A stretch of DNA of 64,000 bases from Candidatus Omnitrophota bacterium (lineage in GTDB: Bacteria; Omnitrophota; Gorgyraeia; Gygaellales; Profunditerraquicolaceae). The notes below the pieces were generated by a model, which did not search any database, was not told the origin of the DNA, and worked only from the letters and a program-made list of their open reading frames with translations. Positions 1 through 15,000 of the stretch are shown piece after piece. Position 1 is the first letter of the stretch, and each line of letters begins with the position of its first letter. The DNA lies in the NCBI GenBank assembly GCA_025453395.1, contig JALOQK010000007.1:6524-70523 (forward strand), read 5' to 3'. Both the position numbers and the translations under genes were made by a program.

Positions 1-3000
1 CTGATTAATAATTTTTCTAATACTTCTTCCGAATATCCTCTCTCTCTAAGATACGCCCTGTGCAACGCCTGTGCCTGCTCATGGGTTGATCCGCTAAGGT
101 GAGCAACTTCGTGAATCAATAAAGCGGCGAGATAATCATTCAGTGTTTTTGCATCTAAGTTACCTTGGAAATATTTTACTAAGGCCAGGGCAATATAAAC
201 TGTGGGGGTCTTTTTGTCTTTGCCTTGTCCGGCATGGACATACTGCCAGAGCTTGGCGCTAAAATACATCAGGCCTAAGAATCCCGGAGGAGATCTTTCC
301 TTGGGAACAACTAAATCTATGGCCAGCTTATTCTTGGTGTTCTCATCCACCACTGTTCCCTGCGCATCCAGGAAGGCCAAAGCAGCGCTCTTGGCTGCGG
401 CAACAGCATCTTCAAATCCGGTGTTATTGCCTACTATGTTATGCTGGGTATGCGGATCAACTAACAGATCATTGATGCCGGGCATTCCCTGGGTGCCTTT
501 GTGCGGAATGGCGGAGTTAAGGAAGTCGTGGTTAGGCTGACCTTCGCCTTTTCCAAGGTGCTCTTCCAAATACTGTTTTGCAGCGAGAATGTCATAACCA
601 GTGAGAACAGTTTCAGTATTATAGTCTACAAAATACCCATCTCCTGAGCAAGAAGCTCCGCCTGCAAATCCCTGATTTATTATTTCATTTCCTGGAACGT
701 TTTTATACGTAGCTACGATAGCTAAAGCAGTCTTAAGACCAGAAACTATTTCCTGCGGCTTATCTGTTTTTGATAATGCTACAGTGATTAAATCCTTAAT
801 ATCTGATAAAAATAGGCTGAATCCTGTTGCCGCGTTAATAATTCTCATTGTATCTTGAATATCGGGTATTCGCGGTAAGACAATATTGATTAAATCTTTA
901 ATGTCGGATAAAGAGATCCCACTATGTGCTAATGATTCAAAAATTTCTATCGTGACTTTAATATCAGCTGCTCGTTCTAAGACAATATTGATCAAATCTT
1001 TAGCATCAGATAACACCATATTACCATACCCTGCTGCTTTAAGAATTCTTATGGTAAGTTGCATATCGCTTGTTTTTGTTAATGCAAAATTAATTAAATC
1101 TTTAGTATTAGGCAAAGAGAACTGCTCCATAGCAATTGCTTGAACGATATCTATAGCATCACGGATATTGCCTGTTTTTAATAAAATAAAGTCAAATAAA
1201 TCATTAATATCTAAAAGTGAATAACAATACAACAACCTCCTGAGAAGCTCCAGATTATTTTCGATATCTATATTTCTAGCTACAAAGAAATTGATTGAGT
1301 CTTTAATTTTGTCTAGTAGGCAATTCTCTCTACTTGCCGTTTGTATTACTAGCCCTATCCTTGCGATTGGCCAACCTTTTGATAACATAAAATCAATCAA
1401 ATCTAAGCGTTTAGAAATGGAGAATTTATTTCTCCAAATATCAGAACTTGCTAAATTTAACCTATCTATTTCTTGAACACTTAAATTTTTTCTTAAATAA
1501 TGATTTAATTTATTTAAAAAACTTATAAGAATGGTGTTTCCAAACAAGACCGTAGGAATTAACGTGATGATCCATACAAAACAGCCAAGACCAAATGCTG
1601 CTGGCCAAGAAGAACCGTTCTTTATAGCTACAACAAGGTAAATTGCTGATGCTAATATGGATAATCCACTTACAAAATTCTTATTATATTTTTGCTCTTT
1701 AGAAGTTATTTTTTGAGCAATATTAAGTTTAAAACTCAATACTCGCTCAATCCGTTCTATTTTATTTTGATTTAATAAAAACAGGCAACAGATAAATATG
1801 GGAACCGATATAATTGTAGCGGCAGCAACTACAATAAAACCAAGGCTACTAATAAATGGGTGGTAAAAAATGAGGTCTTTTATGCCGCTTATAGTAACTT
1901 CTGGAATTCTATCTCCAGGAGCAATTTCTCCATTACAACCAATACCCAAAAACGCTAAAGCTGAAACTAATCCTAATAACAGTAAATTATTACGATTGGT
2001 GAAAAATCTCCAAGCTCTGCTTAAAATTACTTTACCGCTGCCCGTTGATAAGATGACCGCATTCTCCTCCGATTCACCACCAGCCCTAAAATCGCAAATC
2101 TGGCCAAACTGTTCTTTTTGAAAAGCTTCAATTTTTACTTGAAGAGCTGAAGGCAGCACGGTTAAATCGCGCTTAATCTTGGCTTCAGCTAAATTTTTAT
2201 CAAAATTAGTATTTTCTTGGTGGGTTAAACCGGGGATTAAAGCCGCGCGTAATTCATGCTCAATACTGTCAGCTTTTGCATCTGCGGGCAAGATTATCGT
2301 AATATTGGCGGCTGTAGGCGTAGACTCGTCCAGAATACATGGCCCGTATTTCCAGCCATCCGGCGCGCGGCTAAAATGAATACCGCGCTGCTTGATAAGC
2401 TCTCTAAAATCTATCGCAACCTTACACAACTCAAATCTCCTGGTGAGATTATCTATTGCTTCTTTTATAAGATCTTCCTTAACGTCAGAATTAAAGTTGG
2501 CTCTTCCGAACTCCTTGATAACCCAAATCCGCACATTATGCCCCTGAACCCGCTGATTGTGCCGCGCTACAGCGCGATTACGCTCATCTATTCTTTTTTT
2601 AAACCAATCAAGTATCAATCCAATAATTCCTATTTTGATAATATTGCCATTTTCATCTCTGACTATATTGCCCTTATTATCTTTCTTATCAAACGAACCT
2701 GCGCCATGAATAACTCTGCTCACCCATGATGCCAGTGTTTCAACTTTTACATCATTCATTATCCAGGGTATTTTTAATTCGTTTACCTTCCGGATTAAAT
2801 CATTATCCTTACCTATTTTTCTACCTGCAAATTTAAGCTGAATCTGTTTTGCCCATAGCATTACCCTTATTTTAGCCGGGTAATAAAGTACGCTCAAAAT
2901 ATAGGCGACAAATGGCCCGATATGTAAGGTAGCGCCCTGATGATTTCTTCTTGAATAAGCATAGTTAATTGCGAGCTCGATAACACCAACTGCAACTGCA

Positions 3001-6000
3001 ATCGCTGCGCTGATTCCGCCAAGGGCAATGCCCAAAGGAATTGCAGAACCAATCGTTAATAGACCCAGAGTTTTTAACCATTTCGTATCATGACCTTTTA
3101 TTCTCGGATAAAACTGATTTAATAAGACTAAACCCATACCAACTGCAACTGCAATCGCTGCGCTGATTCCGCCAAGGGCAATGCCTAAAGGAATTGCCGC
3201 AGCAATAGTAAGCAAGGCCAAAGTTTTTAAGCGGATAGAATGCAACAGGTATAAGCCTATCACTGCCAGAGTAGCAATAACCAAACTAGCCATGATATAA
3301 ATAACCGCGGCTTGGGAAAAACCAAGCAAGCTAAGGCCAATCAAAACCACAGCTGGAGAAATAGCCAAAAGTCCCTGAACAAGCCCAATTAAGAACTTTT
3401 GTATCATGAGCGGTAAATTCTCCATCAACTCTTGTGTCTTTAAAGGTAATCTTATTATAAAATTTTTTCTTGTAACTTTTGCCAATCCTCTGCTTAAAGT
3501 TTCTGCTATTGGCTTACCTTTTGCCAATTTTCCGCTTATAGCTTCTGCTATTTTAAATGTACCATTTTTGCGCGGGTTGCACATAAACGGACCAAAGGCC
3601 CAAGCCAGAGGCATTGCCAGTAAAAAGACATTGATTGCCCAGCCTAAGGGATCAAACGGCGCGCGCAAAGCCACAACCAAAAGCAACAGATTAGCTAAGA
3701 ATATGCCAAAGGAAAACTCCTTGGCCATATTCCAGAAAGTAGTCCTGACTAAAACCGGAGACCGGTCAGTTAAGCTGTATTTATCCCTGGAGTGTAAACC
3801 CTCGGTGATTAATTTATAGGCGTGCGGCGGAATAAAAGCCACAAAGAATAAGAATAAAATCGGGAAGTAAAGCATAAATAATCCCATGCCCTTAACCGCG
3901 CCATACCTCTCGGTAAAATATTCAATAGTCTGCAGGTTAATGGACTGGGCAAAAACCAACCCGGCATAGGTGAATAACCACGGCCAGAATAACCCGGCAT
4001 ACACGGCAAAAGGAAGCAGAGTGGCGCAGACAATCATCGCAATATTAGTGGCTAAGACCAGCGGCTTTCTTAAATAGAACCCAGAGGTATACAGCGCCTC
4101 TACCTTGGCTGTATAATGCACATAATCACTGCTAATAAACTCCCAGAAGATAGGGCTTAAGCTAGTCTTAGACACCGGGCCGGCAAATCTCTGAATAAAG
4201 CCGACTGAATCATAAATTGATTTTTCCTGCGACCCCTTGAAACAGATATATTCAACGTGCTTAGTGCCGTATCCGGCAGTAAGCAATAAATAGCTGGTTA
4301 TAGTGTCTTCAATAATCTGCGATGCTTCAACTCCGCCTACGCTCTCCAAAGCCGCTATATCAATAACCATCTTTCCGAACCCGCCTTCTCGGCCAACCCT
4401 GGCTTTAACTGACCTGATAGGAATATTCCAGGTATTTTCGCCTGTGGCATTACATACAATTTCCGGGCTGTATTCTTCGCCGTATACTCTATAGCTGGCT
4501 GAAAGCAGGCCTAATGTCCGGTCTTCCTGGAACTCACGGAAGACATTGGGCAGATAAATAAAATCTTCTACTTCCTGCCTGTGGCCAACATCCATACATA
4601 CAATGCGCGGGGTCCTGATATAAGAGCGCATCTGACACCAGCCGCCGTATTTCGGGTTAAAAGAGGGATTCCTGCCAGGGAACATGCAAATTACATGCGG
4701 CATATTAGCCCAAGGCCTGCTCGGATCCGGACTATGCCATTTCCCATCAGGATTAAGCCTGGGGTCATTACCTACTTCTGCATCAACAACAAACCCGTAT
4801 TCTCCAGGAATTTGGCGTTTGAATTGGGCTTCAACACTACTCCTCTTGGTGGAAGAGTATTTAAATATAATCTTTACATGCTCCTTGGCCCAGCTCTCTA
4901 ACGCGGCATTATATCTTGTCTCTTCCACCGGATCAGACAAATCTGCGTGGGCAATAATCCCCAAGCGATGGGCTAGCATCTTATATGACCACACAGCAGC
5001 TAAACGCTCGCTTTCAGTAGTCTTCCAAGCGCCTTCTGTTCTCCAACACAGCCAATCTTCCATCATATTAGTTAACTGAACATCAGTTAAGCTATTTCCT
5101 TTTAAGACAGTAAATACATCTCCTGCTCTCTTCGGAGAAAGTAAAATATCCCTATTGTCATCTGTAATTACCACTCCGCAAGCAGGGGCCAAGACATCAC
5201 TAATAAACAATCTCCACTCATAGCTGTGCTTAGAGAAAATCATTTCAAACTGGGTCATGTCAATGTCAATCACTCGTTCATCATCGGGATTTTCCCATTT
5301 TCCTTTAGCATCCACTCCCGGCATCCAATCCCTGCCTTCTTTGGTATCCCTTAAGTACACCCTATAAGGCTCGGCAGCCATGGAACCCTGGATAGTCAAT
5401 GTTTCTACTTGTGCCTGATTATCAATGCTGATTTTCTCCATATAGTAGCGATTTACCAGATCCACGATTCTTTCCCGGACAAAAGCAAGCTCGGGGACAT
5501 TGGCTTCATGGCCATCTAAAATCCCTAACAGACTGGCTTTTTCTTCTTTAGAGATCAACGGGCCGCGCCCAGCTTTGATATCAGTGAAACTGCCGTCTAT
5601 GCCGCCCCTTAAATCCTCCACAAACTTCATCCAGATATAGCGGTAGCTCGGATCTGCCTCAATTATCTCGCGGATCTTCTCAAGCGCTGTTTTACAATCA
5701 GTGACACTAACCAGGTTTTCCTTGCGCACGATATTTCTGCGTAATGCCGCGTAATTTGCCTGAGTAATGGAAAAGAAGGAAAGAATTATATTCAATAATA
5801 AAGGTAGGTAGAAAGCAATCTTCCCCCACCAAGGAACCCCGACAGGAGACCATAAACCAAATAAAACAAAAACCAACAAGCCATTATAAATAAACCACTC
5901 GGCAAAAGTTATAACCCAAAACCTTGAAGAAACACCCGAGGCAGGTTTGGCTTCCGGCGCAGAGCGCTCGCCAAACATGCCCAGCAAAATAGCGCACAGG

Positions 6001-9000
6001 ATGCCGCTTAAAAAGACCATAATAATCCCAGTGATAACTGGTAAGCTTGTAAATGCGCCTAACATAATTGCCAAGACAAAAGGCACAGCTAAAATTATTG
6101 TTATTTTAGGAACGGACAATCCGAATATTCTACCGATGATTTGAGGAAGCCTAAGAGCAAAATATTGCAATCCGCTTTGCGGTAAATTAAAGCTCGGGAT
6201 GCCGTCCCTTGCTCTTCGCTGCCGCAGAAAATCCCTAATTCCGTTTTCTCCATGGATTAAATCCATTATTATGGCATCGGTTAATTCACTCAGATGCTCC
6301 GCATAGTAAGCTAAATTATGCCCGCTGGATTCAAATTGTGTAAATAAATCTATATTTTCTTCTGCGCAATATCTATAAAGTGTATCCATATCATGTTCAG
6401 TAAAAACATACCCATCTGGAGCAGAAATTCTCTGGCCCAAGCTCCTTTGCTGCATTGCTGATATAGTCGTTGCTTCCTGATGGAAAAGTACCCTGAACCA
6501 TAAATTACGATGGTCAGAGATTAACTTCAATATTTTCCTTTCCTGTTCAGAATACTGCGCTTGGGCCTCTTCCCTCTTAGCCTTAGCTGCTGCTTTTTTA
6601 GTCTTAGCCTCCGCCTTTTTTGCAGCAGCTTCTGAATCCCTACCCAATTTTCTTAGTTTTTCAGCATCTTCTTCTAACTTCTTAGCTTCTCCTTCTAATT
6701 TATTAGCCGGTTCTTCTATTTTTTTGGCTTGTGTATCATGCTTTAATAAATCCTCAATATTCACATCCGGATATTCCAGTTGTATGCGCAGCAATAAATC
6801 ATTAATTAACCCCGGCCGATAATTCATTACCCCGATATGATTAATCACAAACATATACCAAGGATCATTGCGCAGGGCTGGCCTTACAGTCACGCTCGGA
6901 CGCTGCTTGGTATCTCTGCCGGATATTAATCCCCGCATAACAAGGCCGAGAGCGCGCAATACCCCGTATAGTGCGCCTATACCAACAACCAAACCCAGGA
7001 AACCCCAGACTAATACTTTCGCTATAGGCCAAATTGCGCCATCGCGCTTAAGCGCCGTAAATACATTGTTATGTCCCAGGTTATATTTCAGCCTTTCCCA
7101 GAAAGTCCCTGTTTTTAACTCATCGGTAAAAACATTATGCCTCTGCATGATCAATCTGCCTCTGTCATCGTGCAGGCGGCCGTCCACAGGCCCGTAAATA
7201 TAATCTTTGGCGCGGGATAAATCCAGCCATTCATGATGCTTGCGGCTTAAGAACCTCTCGTTAAACCAAAGATATCCTGGCTTAATATCAATGCCTTTTA
7301 CATCTGCGGGTATAGGCGCGGGAGTGAAAACCGAGTAAGAATCTTCTTTGTCTAATTTAATGCCGTCGGCATCCTCCACCACCTTTGTTTCTGAAGGAAA
7401 TCCGTTGCTGCCGTAATAAAGCTTTATCTTGGCCGGGCCGACTTTCGGCGTCCTTGCCTTATACATATTCCAATAAGAATCTCCATTCATCCTATAGGCT
7501 GCCTGAATCAAACTCTCGTCTCTTAATCCATCATCAGTGCCAACCCCCCTCTGCCAATTAATATCATATACATTCACCGGCCTGCCGTCTCCATTGAGCT
7601 CCTGGTGAGAATAGGTAGAGGTGAATAAAAAGTTTCCGCGATTAAGATCCATCACAAAACTGCTAGGTAAAATACCGAACGGCGCCTTGGTTAAATTAGT
7701 ACCCTGCTTCCACCATTCAGAAAGAATAAAATCCGTATCAGTCATCTGGCACAGATCGCTACCCAAGGGATCATTGGGCAAAAGATAAATGCTGTTTGTG
7801 GAATCATCCTGCTCGGTATAAACTACTTTGTAAGCACCGCTTGCGTCCTGCTTGAGCGCGGGCACCTTCAGGGTCTCAGTTACCTTTACTATCAATGTGT
7901 CCTTAGTTATATTCAACAAGGCCAGGTCGCTCCAAAGGTCCCTTCCTGTCTGCATAAAGTAAACAGCGGCTCTTTGCTCGGTAAATAAATCCCCGGCCTT
8001 AACCCTGACTATCTTGCCGTCAGCTCCGCGGCTATCATAGGTTCTAGTAATAGAATTATCTGAGTTTAAGCGTAAACTTCTAACTTGTTCTTTCCCCTGC
8101 CAAACAATACCCACAATCTTAAATGAACCCTGATCATGAACAATAACTTTTAGCGGATCGTCGGCAAGGCGATAGTCCGTCCAAACAGCTCCCCAAACAG
8201 TATTAACCCGGCTCTGATCAAGCCTGGTATTACCGTTTATGCCCGATACTGCTAAGCCGCTTCTTATCTGCGCGTCTATGCTGTTAAAAGGTATGCCGAA
8301 TATTTCGCTAAGCGTTCCTGGCTGCTGATATCTAGTTTCAAAAACCCAATTCTTGACATCGTAAGTATAAGTATTCCCGCTGCGTGCTGCGCGGTAAGTA
8401 ATCCTGTCCGGAGTATCATCGCCAGCTTTGGGACTGGAAGAAATTATCTCCACTAAATACCCGCTTCCTATTAGCTTTGAGATATTCGCTCTCTCTTCAC
8501 CATCATTATCCATTGCCCTGGCAATTACAAAGATCCCTTCAGGAGTAATCTCATTGGCAATTAACCACTTTTCACCTTTAATCTTATCATCCGTCCTAAC
8601 CACCCAACCGGCTACATTGCTTTTATTAAGGGCAGTATCCTTATCAATAGCATTACCCTGACGATCAAACAGGTTGAAATTACTATCGTAGTAAATAACC
8701 GGCCTCGTGACCAATGTATCGGACCCGATAATCACTTTACCAAGAACATTAACTGCGTTCGGAAGAGTTACGGGGCCCCTAAAGAAAAGCATTACTTCGT
8801 TACCATCGTTGTTAACACCAAAAACCCTGACTGTTTTATTAGTTTGAGTATCTATCTGGCGCATTAGCGCGGCTTTTACAGCGCCATTTTCTCTCTCTGC
8901 TGGATTACCTGCGATAACCACCTGCTCTGTCTTGAATAATAATCTACCAGTCGCCCCGCCTAAGACCGGATAATGATAGGTTTCGGTTCCGGTTTCGTTC

Positions 9001-12000
9001 CCAGCGTTATCGCGGATAATTAAGGAAGCTAACCCTCTATTACCTTTGTAGGCCTTATCTAAAGCAATGCGAACTGATTCTTTACCCGAATCGACGTCAA
9101 CCGAGAAATAAGAAACGCTGAAAGTTCCATCAGCCTTCTTCAACAACTGGGCGATTATCGGATAATCTTGATTATCAAAAGTGATTTTCTTGCCTGTCTC
9201 CACCGCCCAGCCGGTTTGGTTGACGGCAGGTAAATTGAATTCGGTATCGAATCCGCTATAGATACGTTTTACCGGTTCATCGCCGGTAAGTTCAGGAACA
9301 TCGCCGACAACAAAACTCTTTTCTCCTAAATTCACGCTTATATTCTTAATCGCGCCTTCTTTCATATACGGCTCAACAAACACCTTGCCCCAAGCGTCAT
9401 AGCCGACATAATTAAAAGGCGGCAGGTCTTTGCCATTGGCATCTTTCTTATAGTGAGCAGAGATTATAAAGCGCCCGAGAATCTTATCACCGTCTTTTAC
9501 AGTCTTTACCGCCTTAATTTCTTTGGAATAATACTGCACAACGCCATCGGACTTACCATCTTCAGTCATACCATAAACACAAGCGTCCTCTTGCCCTTTA
9601 TAAAGCCCCATAACCACAGAATCCTTAAGCTCTGCTGTCGGGTACACATACTCTACGGCATTTCCTCCGGAAACAAGGCGCATCAATGTACCGCCATTAT
9701 AAATTTCTTTTGCTAAGTTGGCGCGTATATTCGGGTCGGATAAATCGCCATTCTTAACCCATACCACACTATAATCAGCCTCAACTAACTTAACTAACAG
9801 GAGATTCTCTTGATACATCTGACCTAAAGAATCACCTAATAAACCATTTTCCTGTATTCTTACGCCGTTCATGTTAAGAATATTCACCGGCTTCCAGCCA
9901 TCAAACAATAGCTTTTCTACTTCTGAAGTTTTTTCACCCACAGAATGCTCAAAAGATTCCTGCTCTCCGATTTCAGGCCGGCCATTATTATTGTTATCTT
10001 TATACCAAATATACTTTCCGTTTTTATCCGTGCCTTGGGTGGATTGAATATTCTTCCAGGAATTATTAACAGGCACATTAACCTTTGCCCCCAGCAACAT
10101 GCCCTTGGTAACAGGCGCATTCAATAACCCCTGTTCTCCTTTTTCGTTGTAAATCAAAGTATCGGTTGAATCCTTAAAGATAATTACTCTATCTTCATCG
10201 CTATAAGATTCTTTGTTTTCTCCGATGGTCAATTTGCCTTCCACGACAAAGAGGCGCCATTCTAAGAATGCCAACTGGCGGTCCGTAAGGTAACCCGGAA
10301 GCGATAACGCAAGGCCGCTGGATTTGTTATAGAAAACGTCCCAGGCATTCTCTTTCTTTATCTCAAACGCATCTGAATCCTTAACCTTGGCAAACTGGGC
10401 TTCAGTTAAATATTCTAAATGTATCCTATCGCCTGACTTAATCGGATTGACAATATATTTTTGCGCTAATGCGTCTAAAGCTTGATATCCTTTTTCGCTA
10501 AAGCGCAATAAATTATTGCCGACAAAATACTTGTATACATTTTTCCCGGAAGCGTCTAACTTAATTTTCCCTTCTGCGTCATAGGCAAAATCAGCATAAA
10601 TATTACCTGCTAAAGCATGCTCTTCTAATTTCTTCTCATCCAAAACAACAAGCCCATTCTCCAGATCTGACACAAGCGCAACTGCGTTAGGATCATTCTC
10701 AAAATTCTGGATTTTCTCTAATACAGAAGCTCCGGCTTTGACAATAATCGGTGACTTTGCTTCTGGAAATTCCTTCAGGCGGTAATTCTTAGGCAAGATA
10801 AGCGCGCGGCCTGTATCATCGCCGACACAAACTTCTCTGTCTATTTCCTGATTGCAGTTAAAATAACCTTCGCCTTTTCTATAGTCAATTTCTTCATTAA
10901 GTAATTCGCCCTTGGACAAGGAATTAAGCGCGCGCGCGTTCACATAATCTCTTTCATTTATATCCACGATTTCCGAAGTACCGGAGATAATGCCGATATT
11001 TGATTCTTTTAATTTAGTAGTATCCTGGTAAGCGCCCGGTCCGAATTCAACCGGATTTCCTTCTTGGGTGGTATTTAATACAGGGGAAAGTTCTGCGGGA
11101 GAATTTTGCACAACAGGAGGAGCCTGCGACCTATTAGGCTGGAATCCAAAATAACAATCTAAGGGGAATTCTGCCGGAATACCTAATAAATCTACGCGCT
11201 TTTCTTTGGCAACTCTTGCCAACGGCCCAAAGGTAACTCCAAAGCCATCGTACTTTCCGCCATTAAACCAATTAATGCCATAATTAATATTGGCTGAGGC
11301 GTCCTCTGTGAATGGCACCGGGACATCCAAGCCAAAGCTAAGAGACTTCATATCATATTTATCGTTCACGCCAGCCTCTACGGTAAAGGCCATGTCTTTG
11401 GGCATTTCAATAGTAACAAAGGCTGTTCCTTTAAATGATTTGCTGCCAGCGTACATTGCGCGTCCGCCTACGGAAGTCTTAAAGTTATCATTGGACAAAG
11501 CCTCAACAGGAAGTTTTCCTTCCGCGCCAACATAAGGATAAAAAGACTTACTTGCCCACTTGGAAGTATCCCACTCGGGCCTTACGAAAACTTTCCACAT
11601 CGTGCCGGTTTCTTTATTTTCCCAGCCAAAACCAACGCTTGTATAAAGCAATCTTTCGCGAAGCATCATTGAACGCGGCAAGATAATCTCTTTTCCTTCT
11701 TTGTCATGGATAATAAAATCTGCTTTGCCCTTAGCATCAGTAAACACGCCACCTGCGCTTAATTCCGCAAAATAATTATTCGCCAGATCATCGCGTAAAT
11801 GCACATCCTGCACTATAATGTTTCCTTTATTATCCAAAGACAAATCCGCATAGCCTACATAGGCTGCTGAAATATTATCCTTAGCATAGGCCGCATTCTC
11901 CACTAAGATCATGCGGCGTTCTTTGACTTTCTCAAATTCTCCGGGTTTCTTCTCTTGATAACTTGTTCTATCAGCAATGCCCACAGCGATAAGGTTGGTC

Positions 12001-15000
12001 GCATTGTCTCCCACAGCAGTACGCACGCCAACACCGCGCTGAAGCGTATCGGGCGTGCCCTGATACTGCACAGAAACACTGTATAAATCAATCTTATTCC
12101 CAAAGGCATCGTAGAGATTAGTCACTTGAGCGTTATTATTAAGATTCCCATCGCCCCAAAAAGCATTATTCATATAAGAGCCTAAATACCCTTGTGGATT
12201 TTCTGATTCAACCAACTCCTTTACTTCTTGTTCAGTAAACACCGGCAGGTTAGGATATTTTGCTGCTAAATCTTTAGACATAGCATTAATTTCTTTTGCT
12301 TGCGCATTAAGGGCGCTCTTGTATTTCTGAACTTGCATAGATTGTTTGGCAATCTGGTCGCTTAAGTCCAGAACATTGTCTCTTGCATCCTGGAAGCGCG
12401 CCAATAATTCCCCAGCCTTTTTAATCGTCTCTGTGCGATTCCTAAGATACTCCATTGTTTTATCCATATCTTCGCCCATATCTTTCTTTAATTCTTCTAT
12501 ATAGGCGGTTATCTCCGGCAATGAAGCAATTTCATCTGTCTTATCATTTGAATTCTGGATTTTATTCAGGTATTCTTCAGCCTTCTGAACGTCATTGGCG
12601 GTCTTGGTAACATATTTATTAGCATCAACGATCAATGTGTCCTTTAATTTGTTGTAGCGCGCGGTAGCATCATTCAAACGCACCGACCAATAATCAATGT
12701 TCTTTTGTTTCTCTTCTGCGGGTATCCCAGAAGCGTTATTGGCTGCTGCAAGCTGTTGCTTAAGCCAATTAATGCTCCACTTATCATTTGATCCCAGAAT
12801 TGCAATTTCACTGGACAAAGCTGCCTGGCTTTGCAACGCCTTAGCATATTCCTGTTGGGCATAAGGGACTCCCTGTTTGGCAAGGTTAACTTTTGCCTGA
12901 ACATAACCCAATGACTTCTGAGCGTCATCCCATTGTTCAGTGGCGGCAGCCAACTGCGCATTAGCCCAACGTTCTGCGGAGCCCTGAGGATCTTTATACC
13001 ACTGTGATTCTGTGGGGACAGATCCTCGTCTGTCTTCCCAATTCTTCAAAGCATTAGTAGCATTTACTAAATCCAGAACCTCATCAAGACTTTGATCTTG
13101 ACCCGCTAACCTGCCCTTATATATCTGCGCCTGCGTAAGCTGCTGATTTAAACTATTAATATTAGCCTGTGCCTTGGGAATTAATTCATTGTAGTAAGCC
13201 ACTAACCCGCTATTCCCATTACTGATATATTTCTGGCGCAGGGAGTTTAATTGCGCCAACTCCTGCTGGGCTTGCGCGATTTCACCTGTTAAGGCGGTAA
13301 TACCGGAATCTGCTTTATTTAAAGCTTGATTATAATTTTCTTGGGCCTTTGTTTTATTTTCTTGCGCCGTTTCAATATTCTTATCAATCCACGCGGTTCT
13401 CTCGCCTGCCCACAAACCTGACTGGGTGATAAGATACTGCATGAACATTTTATTCTCTAAATCAATCCTTGTGTTCTCCTGCGCCTGTGGCAGGACACGG
13501 TAAACATTATTCAGCCATTCATACAAAGCTTTCTGATATTGATAAGAATGTACGTTTACGCTTAAGTTGTTTAGTTTAGTGAAATAATTAGATAAATCCT
13601 GATATACCTGCGGAACAGCTTCAGTAGATACTGCGGGAGTTGTCTCTAAGGCAGAAACATTGACTTTTTCTAATTGCTTTTGGATAACAAGCCCTGCCTG
13701 CTCTCTTGAAACACCGAGCTTCGTGCCGTCGGGCTGGGTAATATACGCAAATACATTGTTCTGATCAACCCCTTCTGCATATTTAACGGAATCGGCGTAT
13801 TCAATGACCCCGGGAATAACTGTTTTCTTGCCGTTGGCATCCACGCCTTCAGCTAAATACGGGGCAGCCCAGACTTTATTCACATCTGTTCCTAAAGTTA
13901 CCTTGTCTAAGCCATCACCAAAGTCAACCACGACCTTGTCTTTGGAAATCTTGCCTTGGCTGTGTAAAGCTAAGACATCGGCAACGCTAAGCCTATAAGA
14001 ATAAGGAGCGTGATTCTTGAAAGTATGCACAACCGCGTAAGGAACATCTACGACTACAGGCGTAACAAAAGCAAAATGCTGCTTGCCAAGCTTATACCCT
14101 AAATCTGAAGACCCAAATATATTTACTATTTTCTCATCCTGCTGAGTAACTTGCGTAATAGTATTTGTGTGGATCTTCCCATCTTGCCCGGTAACTTCAT
14201 ATGTATATTTATATTCTGTTCCCTTGGGAAGGATACCTGTCACAAAAGCTTCGTCTTTTTTAATATCAAATCTCACGCCGTCGCGCACAATGTATGCGGT
14301 CTGCACGCCCATTTTACCTTCGCGCATATACATTTTAATAAGCATATTCTCTAAACCGCCGATGGCAAATTGACGATTATAAGGATTTAAAGGCGCTTTA
14401 TCCATAAAGATGTTCTGCGCGTCTTCTCCCACAAAGGCGCCATTCTTAATAAGCGGGGCATCTGCAGATACAGTTACCGGAGAATCTTCAAAGCTTTGCG
14501 CGGGAGTGAAATTACCAGTAGATATATCGCTTAATCCGCCATTCTTAAGCATATTATGGAACATCACGTCTATATTGGCTAAGTCGCGCTGCCCTGTTAT
14601 GCGCATTAAAATATAAGGCTGTTCTTTCTCGGCCTGGTTGGTCAGCCAAGGCCAGAGATTCTGAAAACGCAAGAATTGCTCGGTAGATAAAGATAATTTT
14701 TCTTTGCGGAAGTCTATGGTCAGCTTGTCTTCGTCGCGATAATACATATTTGTCTTAGAAACAATCTCATTGGTATTTTTGGTTATATTCCTGCGATAAA
14801 TAATCTGTTCATGGGTATTTATGTCCGCGGACATCCAATACTGCACTTGATCATCAGTATCCGGCTCTTCCCCTGTTACCGCGCGGTAAGTAACTTCATG
14901 CTGCGCTAAAGACGGGAACACCACAACCGGGAAATTACGATACTGCGGCTGTTTAGTAAATAAAGCGCCGATAAGTTTATTTAAGGCCTCGCCAAAATTT

